Source of the DNA: Phoronis australis
Taxonomy: Eukaryota; Animalia; Phoronida
Reading direction: 5' to 3'
NCBI GenBank assembly: GCA_002633005.1
Contig: NMRA01000186.1
Span: 289,479-353,478 of the forward strand
Length of the DNA stretch: 64,000 nt
The position numbers were made by a program, and so were the translations under genes. The notes under the pieces are model-generated. The model worked only from the letters and a program-made list of their open reading frames with translations, was not told where the DNA came from and searched no databases. Of this stretch, positions 11,701-23,700 are shown in pieces; position 1 is the stretch's first letter; each line of letters starts with the position of its first letter.

Positions 11701-14700
11701 CCACGATAAAATAAGGAAACTCACTCATCTAGAGAATTTTATTGGAAACAGCATAGTTTTGAAGAGAAACTGCTGTGAAAAAGTCACTCTTGATTTCTTT
11801 GCATCACGTACCATACACTTCTTATTTTGGGAGCACTCCCACCCAGGACAATATGAATATGCAGTGCTGCTAGCCTACCCGGCATCGGGTGAGTTTCCAA
11901 AAAGAAACACTTAGTTCCACTCAATAAAACTGTTATTCAATGGGGTAACTGGTGGGGATAATATCGCCGAACGATGTTGATAAAAACTGATTGCTAAAAA
12001 CTTACCAAGTAATGTTGTGTAGTCTCCGAATGTAACTGGATAGTCATAGACATAGAGCACACACTGGGCTTCAGCATCCACACACTTTTTGTCAGTTAGT
12101 TGACCCTGTTGACCGCAGTTGTCCACTAATATAGTAATCTTAGGTCTTTTGGGAATTTGTGGCCACCGGTCGAAGACTTGCACAAGGGAAATTAGCAGTA
12201 ATAAGGCTTAGCGCGACGACGTATTTCGATAAAAATTCCATCTTTTACCAGTTGTTTACATGCAGATAGCCACGCATGCGCAATTCAATCACCACTAGTA
12301 CAGCAGCGACACCGCGAGGAGAATTCTCCGAATAGCCCCATTCTACACGTAGTTCTAGCGAGAGTTCATTTATGATGCAAAGCAGAAAGGTGCACTTTGC
12401 ATCTGCTCAGCTGTCTATGTTAAACTTTTAATTGAATTGCTGTGTAATTTAAGACCACTATCACGTTGATTCGATCTTGCAATGTTGCCGAATGCCATAG
12501 GCAATGCGTAAAAGCTCCATTTTCGAATTTCAAGTTTTAAGGTTGCCAACCTCAATAAATTTCTAAACGTGTTCTTTACAGAGTCGTTGCTGGTTTCGAT
12601 AATCATGCTGGTAACGGAAACAGAATCCGACAACATTAAGGAATATTGCGAGGCCAATTTTATGAGACTAGAAGGCCAAATTCCATTTTTGGTTTGTTAA
12701 TCAGCCCAACAGGATGAAATGCAGCTTGAAAAATATCGGCTGAAAAACAAAGTATTTCCGAGGTAGTAAAATGGAGGTTTCCGAAAACTGGGTATCGTGG
12801 TGGGGTCCTGCCAGACAAACGGCAAGCTAACGAAGATCCATAATCATTACAAGAAAACACCCCCAGTAGCAATAACGTACATAAAATGAGGAGCAGTTGA
12901 CGATCTCGACGCTGTATAAACTGTATTTTCTCTGTGGAGCATATATGGTCGAATCAGTGAACTCCAAATAAATGGCTTATTGCATTATGTCACTATAATA
13001 AGTAATACTATAATATAATATACAAATGAGTTGACTAATTTGAAATTCTTTTTGTTCAATTTTTATAAATCATATGTTAAGTTAAAAAGAAGACATTGAT
13101 TATGATGATGAATATAGATTATTACATGGCGAAGTCGTTATCCCCCGTAATCTAGAGCCCGAGTGGATTTTGGAGATTTATCGCCCGAGGGGCGTTAGCC
13201 CCGAGGGTGATAATTCTACAAAATCCACGAGGGCTCTAGATAAGGGAGATAACGACTTAGAACATGTAATAATCTATTTATACCACATACTGAACGAGAA
13301 ATACTGCAATGAATCGATGCACCTTTCTCGACTAGCCTCGACTTTGTAACTACTTTCTATGTCAGAGGTCCGGGGTCGGAGGTCGTGACCTTTTAAGGAA
13401 AGCCGAGCTGTTTTTTGTCAAATAGGGCTTTTACTCAAAACCAATTGAAAATTAAAACAACATAGAAATAAAATGAATCTATGAATTAAGGTTTAGCAAC
13501 TATTTTATCCCATGCGGGTTGAATCTGTCGAGGGAAGTACGGCCATGTAATAAAGTTTTCCGTATTCACCTCCCGCACTACTTCAACAGCGACCTCTACT
13601 CTGATATCGAAAGTTCAAAAAGTAGGTCAAAGTCCTCTTGACGTCTTTAGCCGGTTCAATCATCAAACTTTGCGAATATAGTTTGAAGTAATACAGTTGC
13701 AGCAGTGTTACTAACACTTGACATGCAACCAGGTCCTAAACGTAAAATCTGGAACAAAACTGTTAATAATGAGACACTTATGTCTCAGTTTTCAATTGCT
13801 GAATACTATATCGTCTGCAACTCAGGTGCCGATTCCTAGGAAATTAAAATATCAAATATTGCTTTCAACCATTTCCAGGAGATGTTACAAGTTCACTGCA
13901 CAGTTGCCGTTGTTTTCATCTTTGCGACCTCTTTTCAAGAAATAAATCGTTACTTTTAAAATTGTTTCTTTTACAAGAGAAAACTTGCAACCTAACGCGC
14001 AAGTACATATATATAGGTTGTGATCCGCCATGTGAACAGTCTTGGTGAAGTATTTGAAAAATCTGCCGAAAAAATGTAAGAAACTTAAGGATTCGAAGCG
14101 CATGGGATAAATACAAAACGTACCTCGATTGGCGTACAGGAAGTAATACATGTAGCCCACTCGACCTTATTCCGCGTATCGACCGAGACCGAAATGTACG
14201 CCACTCTCGGTACGTTTTGTGTATATGGCTCATTGGTTGAAGACGAGAGTTGTGATAACAACTGGTTCACATTGCCGGGTTAATAGCAGGGTTCTAAGCT
14301 ACTGAGCACTATATTGTAGCTTAGCTGATTTTCCGAGAAGCGTAAAAACGCCCACACATTTCCAGATTGACATTTCCATCCAAACAAACAACAAAAAGTC
14401 AAGGTATTTACGGGTATTTCGGCATGGAAGAAGACAATCTCGTATGCACGGAACTAAAGAACAATTATATGCGAAAGCAATCAAATGACTGCACTAACGC
14501 TATTTCTGACGCACTCACACCATTTGAATGTGAAAGGGCTCGATTAAGAAACTACCTGTTGTCTAAGTGTGTAACTCACGTCTGCGCCGGGCTTTACCAC
14601 ACATGTACTTACTGGTTAGAGAAGAGCAGCTTTTTATATCGCTCATTTTCCACCCGCTCACGGTGCACATGACCCCGAACACTGTGGAGCGAGTGTCGGT

Positions 14701-17700
14701 CGTCACCCAGCCTTTCTCACAGAACACTTTGAGCTCCATGCCCGCAAACACAGTTGCCTTATACTCGCCATGGTGTGCGGTGGCTCCGGCAATGCGAACA
14801 TTTCTCATCCGGTTGGCTATTTCACGGACAACACACGTACCCTCTAAATACAAATTTGTACCCAGTGAGGCAAGTACAATGTGTGAACAGAGAAAGCGAG
14901 GGGGGGTGGAGACGGAGGAGATGGGGAGAAAGGGCGAGAGTAAGAGCGTGAAATTGAGACAATAGAAATAGTAAAACGTTATTGCCCGAGACTCTTAAAA
15001 AACTTGGCGAGGAGATCGATATGGGCTCACGGACTCTTGACATTAGTTTGCGGGATAAGGATATTGGAACGTATGTTGGGAACGGAGAATGTAAAGCCAC
15101 ATATTTGCTCGAGTATTCGGATTAAGGGCCATAAAGTTACATGGGTGTACGTGTTTCCAGACTAGAGACTGTAAAATCACACATGTGTACTAGTATTCGG
15201 ACTGGAGACTGTAAAGTCACATAGATGTTCAGGTATTCGGACTGAAGATTGTAAAGTCGCATAGATGCACGCATTTTCGGACCGTAGATTGTGGCTATCT
15301 TAATAAAAATGATGGTATTTTGTTGTAACCTGCCATAATTTGAAAAATTACTTCAACTTTTCAAGCCGAAATTCCCATAATTTGATTATCACTCATGCGA
15401 GGTGATCAACCTAACACAATGAAAACAAATCGCATATGTTGTAAGTAAAACCAGCCAGCAAGTATGAAATGGGGAAGGTTAAAACCAGATAAAATACACA
15501 CAAAATGTAAAGATAAAATATGTGAAATACCAGTGAAAACATTACGAGATTACTGTACATGTACATTGGCAGGAAAAGCGCTTGAAACTGATCCGCACTA
15601 GAGGTATCGGATTGTGTATGTCGAGCAAAATGCTTCAAATAAGATGAGTGATAACATGGCACACCCCACGGGTGTAGATGGAGACTTCTAGATAAAGTAG
15701 TTGCAGAACTTTGTCTGCGGTACTGGGCAAAGTAGAAATTTACCAGCAACAGAAGTTCTTCAACGTTAATCGGGAAATTGACGGTAACGACAATGTTACA
15801 CGCAGTTCTTATACGACGGAACACTATATGTATCCTTCCAACTGTTACCCCGATCAGTTCCCGAAAGGAGAAAACTTGAACAAACCTGCACAAGTGTCAG
15901 CTAATCTTTTGTCACACCTTTGAGCAATTTCTTCCGTTTTCGTGCGCGTGAAATGGTGTAAAGGTTTACAAATGTACGACACCACGTGATGTTTTTGTAG
16001 ACACATCGACATGCCCGGTTTTAACGTTCTCGAGTTTTCTTCGTGCTTTGACAAATTCACAAAGGCGTTGTAATTACCAGTCGCTGGGACATACAATAGG
16101 CAATCGCAATCTGTCGATAAAACACGTCTGATGACAAATTCAGGTTAGATAACCGCAAAAAGGTTCTTTTTAAGATTTTTTCTTTCTCATATTTTTTTTT
16201 CTTTATGGAGATGCTCTTCTTTTCTCATGCTCCGCAATGAATACATGTATTTTCAGCAAACGCATTTGATGTAAACAAAACAATGGCGATTGCTATGCAA
16301 CAGCCAGCCCGACTTTTTGAGCGCATGTGCGCATATCATTATTGGTGGAGAAAGGGAAGCGGAGGATTTGAAACCGTATTGGGACGAAAGAGTTTAAAAT
16401 TCGTCTGTTATAGAAATTGTGAGTCTACCGATTTCTTTTCTAGAAATTCGTGGAATTTTCAATGGGAATATCTCTCTCACGTTAGAATCCTCAAGAGATA
16501 TATTCGCCACAACTGATTAAAAGGTATTTTTACGAGTTTTCGCGTACCTGTAACACAAAAACAGACCAAATTGTATTATTCAAAGTGGTTCTTTACAACT
16601 GAAACATAATTCAACCTGCTCGCCAGGTATTTTTACGGTTTTTCGTAAAGACTTTGAATGCCTGTTGATATCTAAGCATTTTTCTTTTAGTTTCAAATTT
16701 CCAAAAAAAAAACGATCTGTCAACTTCTCGCCACTAAGTCGATTTTTCTCCCAAAAGGCAAAGCACGCCTCCTTATTTGGTATGACAAGACATAGACGTA
16801 ACACATTTCTCTTATATGGAAAGTGTGACCATTGACCTTTGATATAAACAAAACAATGTCGACCTCAAGCAACAGCCAGTCCGATTTCGAGACAATTGCT
16901 GTAAGCCTTAACTCTTAAAATTTATTTATAAAAGTATCGTAATATTCAAATATATTCTAAAATGCACTTGGAATTCTTTTCGGAGAATTGCTTGCTTGAT
17001 TGGTTTTACTCATACTGTGTTGTTCAGCTCAGATTGGGAGTGTGATCACACATGACAACCTGGGCGTGGTCTTTAATCTTTGTACTCGAAACGAACTCGA
17101 AACTATTTTTGGCAATTTCTTTGCTCCTTTTGTGCGAACTTAAGATAATTGATTATCAGACTGTGCTCGAATACATTATAGTTTATGCATAGGAGTTTCT
17201 AGTTCAAGTTTGCCCTTGAAGACCCGTATATTCGTGCTACAAACTTGAGTAAAAACTCAAAATTTCGAGTTCAAACTCGAACTTATTGCTTAAATATTGC
17301 GTTTACAAACTGGGAACTAAGGGCAATAAATTATCTACGTAAGTTATTGTGTACTCGAGTATAGAATAATATACACTTATCTTGAGTTCGCCCAAAAGTA
17401 GAGTAGAAAATGCCAAACTTAATTTCGAGCTCCGTTTCGAGTAAAAAGATAGGAGACCGGGCCCTGATGTTAACATCAAACTTATCAGTCAGCTGTTTGT
17501 CGAATGACAGGGAGCGCATGCGCACAATTATTATAGTCACTTTTGGGTGACTACAGAGTTTTTACTTCCCACGTATTTTTCAAATCGTAAATTTTGGAAT
17601 TTTTTCTTTATTCAATCATAGGGGAAGTGAATTACTATGTACTAAACGTTGCGACATTGTCCTTCCCTCAGGAATAGTTTAAATATATTCTTTCGCGTTA

Positions 17701-20700
17701 TATTCCTCTTTAAGACGTGAATAGTGGCTAGTTACCACATGTCATTGAAGTCATTAATTCTCGCCAATCAGGATGCGCGGCACGTTAACAAAACTAGCAT
17801 CCTCCATAGTGGTCGCCAAACATTCTGCAAAGCAGAACATTTTTTCGATGATATTGGGACCTTACATTTTAGATCAGGCATTTACGGAGAACCATATAAT
17901 TAAGGAACTTGAATGACAATTTCAATCTCGTGCAGCCGAGGTTGTTTGACCTGAAAATGTTACCCTCGCGATACCCCATAACCAGGGATTTCCAATAAAC
18001 CACCGTTCGCCACAAACGCCCATGGTCGCTTCTTCAGAAAATAGGAAGAACTAGCCCCCACGGGAGCTTTTCCTGGAATAAAGAGTGACTTGAAGAAAAC
18101 GCTGCTTCCCGCGAAACAACAATCAGTAGACTTTTTGGGAACAAAAAGCGATTGAAGAAATCCTCGTCGTCCAAGTGCTTTTTTCCATTGACTTTTGTCT
18201 TTTAGTCTTTATCCAAAAATGTCACAACAAATAGCCAAATTTATTTCTTTCCTATTGCGTACCTTGAGTTGTTTTGTCTAATGTCTGTTCGAACAGACTG
18301 TGGATTTCTTTTTATGAGTTGTAAACAGATTTTCTAACTTCTTTCACTCACAGCCTGATTACCGTAAAACAGGATAAGCCATGCCGAGACTGATTTTTAA
18401 CCGAATTTTAAGTCGCGCCCTCACTGTGTTAGCTTTTAAAAAAGCTAACACCGTGAGGGCGCTTCTTGATGATCTTGGGGTCGGCCTCGCACACTTGCCA
18501 GTGCGTTCCAGCAACTAATTACAAGCGCGTGAATTAATAGCAGTGTGGAATGCATGTAGAATCATACATTCATGAACACACCAAAAATTACTTGAAATTG
18601 TGCTAGTTAGGTACGTGAACTGAACTCATGCGCCTGAGCTGGCCAGACTAGATCCATGTTATGCTGATCAATCCACATTTTAATATTCGAATGTCAGAAA
18701 TGCAGTCTATTGCTGGAGCTATCACACAGTTTCTCTTCAAACCTGTCCGGAAAACTCAAAAAAAGCTAAATTAATTTCTCCGAGTTTCCTAACGCGTTCG
18801 TTCTCTACTTACACGACCACGAGTTGGCGCTAGTTGCACAGAGCAAAATGTTGTTGGGGAAAAACTGGTCCACTCGAGCAAGCGCATTTGATAATTTTTT
18901 AGTGTCACCACTAGTGGTCACGTGTTAGGATTGAGGAAATGTCTTGAGATTGTCGACATATGCGCTGCCACTCACTTACGTCCAGTATGTTTAACTGTCA
19001 ATTCACATTAAAAGATATTTGTGGAACTTGGCGAATTTCTTTCACTTTGTGCTTGTTTATCCTCTGCTACATGCATACTCAGCTGATTGCGATGTCTGCT
19101 TAGTACACGCATGTATCACCCACAGGTGCGTTTCGCTCACCGTGCGTATATCGTTAATTTGCACTGCAAGTGCTTCAAGCACATTCTGAACCCATCTTTA
19201 CGCTTTCGCTGTCAATTAATGTTGGTGGAACATTGACTGTCGGAACACAGTTGTATTGATCATGTTTCCGTACCCTGATTGTCAGGAATTAATTATTAGC
19301 TTGACTGACGTGTCAGAACTATTCATTTTATTTTTGGTAGACTAGTATTTTCACGCACTGAGGTGAGATTTCAGCTCAGCTAACTTTTACTTCTGGCATC
19401 GAGCTGATCTCATAACGCTCCGCCTGTGCTGGCCCTAAACGGCCGAGCTACAGTCCTACGTTATCTCAACAAAATAGCCCGCCACTTCCCTAAAGATGCG
19501 ACAGGATGGACTTTGATGGACTTTGAACTACCCTCTCTTTATTGGCTTGAAGATGCTATCCGTAAAATGGAACCCAGAAATGATGCAATGGCATGGGTGG
19601 CCAACCTCCGGCCTGTTGAAAACGCAGCCAATACTGTGGGCTTTGAATACGAGTACGTACCACTGCTTCTTTTGTTTTTATGCAGCGACCACGATTGTAA
19701 TCCAGTCTTGTGAGGCAGAACTGTAGTGGTGTCTAAAAGATAATGAAACCCAAAAAGTTCCATCATGAGCCGACGAGAACAGGGGACTTTTCATGTAGTC
19801 ACTGCTACATATAGTGGTTCATTAATTTAAAAACAGAGGAATAAAGGAACTCGTCCCAGTACCAACCCCTCCCCTTGTCTGATTAAGTTAAGTTCACTAA
19901 TTTAGTTTTGATTTTTGACATCGGCTGGTATCGGAATTTTCCTGCTTTATCAATCACAGCCACCAAATATGTAGCTGGGGATTCATCATCGCATTGGGAA
20001 ATGTATGGGACATGATGTGCCGTATATACGGATATTTTATTAGAGGTTTGCCTTTTTCCTTAAGTCATTAGTATATCCCACATCAGTGAAAATTTGTCGG
20101 AATTATGACACAAGCAAAGGATCTCTCGTCCACATTACATGGGATCTATATAGGTGACACTGAAGGTCTGACCACCAATGACGTGATCGCAGCCTGGTGG
20201 AATCGTCAATTTCAATATGACGAGGCCATTTCGAAAATTACGTATCGGCACAACTGATGTGGTCGGAATCCCGTTTTAGCTCCACAATAAAATTAAAGAT
20301 TCTTGAAGTTGAACTTGTGCCAAAAATCCAACAAACAGACCAATTATAGGTTCTAACTGGGAGAATCAGGCTAGGGGGCACGTAAATGTCACGTGACTTT
20401 GTAAATAAGGATGTGAGCACAGTCCGCAATATCCGCTTAAAACCCGCAGTTTTCAACAAAAAAACATGTGTTTGAAGAAAAAAAATCAGTTTTACGGAAA
20501 ACTCAAAATTCAAAATATTTTTTAGCCAAATCTTATATTTTTCAGCACAGTCTTAAAGAGTTCCCACCATGACCCTGTGTCTCAAAAAAGGATATTATTA
20601 ATACATATTAAGAGATTTAATAGCCTTTAGTATACCTGTTACTAAGAAACAAGCGAAAATTAAAAAAATTTTTTTTTTCTGTTATCGGGGTTGTACGTAA

Positions 20701-23700
20701 TGGGTGGAAAACCGCCTCCAGCGTTGTTGTTTTTATCAGTGCGAAACTGAGGGTTGTGAGGAAAGTCCGCGGAGAGCCGCCTTTTTCAGACATGAAAGGT
20801 GCATTTGTGGAGGTTGTACATGTAGTAACAGCAACTTGACTGAGAAGGTCTCTGTGTTCAAATTTTCTAAATACGTGAAAGTTGCACAGAAATGGCATCG
20901 GTTTGTGCACTTTTCGAAATTGTGGAATGATTCAGTTGCACACTTTGTTCGGCACATTTCAAGAAATATCGTGGTTCGACCAAACACAAAAGCGGCGTTA
21001 CAATGAACGACTCGCCACCTTGTAGTGTTTTGCAAATTTTATAAATAACGAACAAACTGCTTCAATTCTAGGGCGAGTGATGCTAGGCCCTCGACCCCAG
21101 CCCAGATCGAGTGCTACCACACGCGCACGCTTATGCATTGTGTTCCGACCATGCTCATTCCATCATGGTAATAGTGCATACGAGTGACCCAGGTTTATTG
21201 TGGCCTCTGTCAGTGATTATTAGTGTCTAGTTTGTGAATGTTGTCCACCCCTTGGTTCAGTTGATTGTGGCTAACATATGTCTGGAGCATTTCTCGTGCA
21301 ATTGGGTTGAGTTCAAACGGCCTCAAAGCCACCGAAAGTTCGCTAAGTGGGGAATTGAATTCATTGTCTGATTCTTCAAGTACTTGAGTGTGATGCCCGT
21401 ATCCACTCTCCTCTCTGTCTGCGTAATAATTGTCCAGTTCTCGCTAAAAATCGTCTTCGTCTTCTGATCTGTTGTGTTCCGCCATTGCAAATTATTGTCA
21501 AGTGATCAAACGTCTTCCACCCATTACATCATTAGGCGGGAAACCTGGAAATGACTAATTTTTTTTGAAATTAAAAAAAAAATCGCAACTATTTCCCATA
21601 AAAAGTGCTAATTTAGTTAGATTTTGTGGTATTCATGTCATATTAGCTAACCGAAACCTCAAAAATTAAGAAAATGCATGTGTGAACTCTTTAAGTTTCT
21701 CAGAAAACAAATTTTTTCAGAAAATTATTTTTAAGCACAAAACTTAAGTTTCCAACTGTTTACCCACATCGTTGCCTAATTCAGATTGAACGCTATACTA
21801 TAGCCTTGCCAGCTAGCTAGCCATGGGTGACTGAAAGTTGAAACACAGCAAGTGAACGGTGTAGGTAAAAAGTTATTCTTGGCGCAAAGTTGTATAAATG
21901 TATAGCTTGTTAAGCGATCATGCTCGTCAACTTTGAGCGTCATGAAATTGACTCAGCGCTATCTGTTAGCCAATTTCTTGCTTTCTCCGATTTTTCATTA
22001 ACACTGTCCTTTTTCACAAGATTGCGCACAGATCACAGCAACTGCCAGAACTATCAAATATTCGTAAATGTGGCTCCTTGAATAGTGTTAACGGTAATCA
22101 TTTTATTTTCTGAAATGTTTTGTTAACCAAACACATCGTGTTTATCTCTTCTAGGCTCTTTATTTATGTCACTTCCAATTTCCACACATTACCTGCTAAT
22201 CAAAGTACTGCTGTTTTATTTTATGGTTCGCAATAACTAAATTTAAATCTGAACATTTTTCTAATAGGAAAAATACCACTTAATTACTTAACAGTCTCTT
22301 TGTGTTTTGTGAGTCTGTGTATTTGTAATTAGATCTTCCAGTATCCTATGTACCATATTGTTATGCCGTGTTTTGTAATTTTGATATTTGTCAGTAATGA
22401 TCCCCGTTATATTCATTATTATTATTATTATTTGTTAATCTGGCTGCATGCAATGTTTTAAATTTGCAGGCAGCAATTTTATTACTTTTTGTGTTATTCT
22501 TAAGATGAATAAACAATTAAAATGCCAGAAGCGATTTTACTTAGTTATTAGTTTTGAGTATGTTATTATCAGCAAACCTGAATTTTAAAGAAATTGAGGG
22601 AATTGTCACCAGCTCCACGACCGTAACGGACACGGTGGGTGTCATTTCGATGTCGGAGTTGAACAACCTAATGCACAACTGGGCGCACTAAATATTGATT
22701 CACGTTTCGTTGTGAAAGGATGCATATAAATTTGGCGCGAACTGAAATAGCGAGCTTGCCTTAGAATTGCCAAATTTTTACCCGCGTTGTTCACTAGCTG
22801 TGCTTTGACGTTCAGCCAAAGCTCAGCATCATTAGAGAACTTTAGATTCCTGTTAAGTTTACTATTACCTGTTGTTCGAAAGTAACAGTGCTCGACCCAA
22901 AGTGTTTTAGATTTTCGTGCTATCAATACTTTCACTTGTATCTGAAAGGCTACATTGGCGTTTGATTTATCTTAAATCAAAATGAGTGCTATAACGGAAC
23001 GGTAGGTGAGTACAGTTGTTCACATTGTCAGTAGTGCGTAATTTTCTCGCCACAAAAACGACAATAGAAATATGTATGGTCTAGATTGCTGAATCAGAGC
23101 TGGTTGCCGAACTACACGCACGTAAATGAGCTAGACACATGTCGGAACTCAGATGCAACTCGAATGGAGGTCAATTTGGGTGAATAACTTTTTAATGGCT
23201 ATCAAAAGTCGAATCTCTGATTAATAACAGATGACACTTTATTTCCAAATTCGATTGTCTCAGCGCTAATATGACAAAATGTAACTTAATTAGAACTATG
23301 AAGTTAAGTTTGTTTTCAATCTTAAGCGTAGGAAACTTTTGGTTTTACGTATACCGTCCCACGAAAATATCGTAAAACCAATCACGTGGTGTTACCAGTA
23401 AAGTAAGAATTTACGTAATAGTTTTTTATACAATCTAAAGCTCTCTTTTCACTAGCCAGCCAGCTAGCTAAATAAAGACTAACGTCAGAATATTTAGTGT
23501 ACTACGGAAGCCCAACAGTGCCATTTTGAAGTGAAATTTTATTAGCTGGCGGCCGCCACATAATTATCTGGCAGTCGCCAATGAACTATTTTTTCCCTGC
23601 AAAATGGCACTATTGGTCTTTCGGAGTATACAGCTTCTTAGACGTTTTTGACAAAGAAGTCTGTAGCCGTCTCGAATGACTGCAGGCTCGTGACACGCGC

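Noticed and set aside
11103-12657. Twin 80-aa ORFs (11103-11345, 12415-12657) as duplicated genes
   Set aside because: They are by-products of the 539-bp duplication at the N and show no recognisable motif
15088-15292. Regularly spaced repeats as a CRISPR array (also 57700-58620)
   Set aside because: The units are degenerate tandem copies without unique spacers, there are no cas genes, and the DNA is eukaryotic
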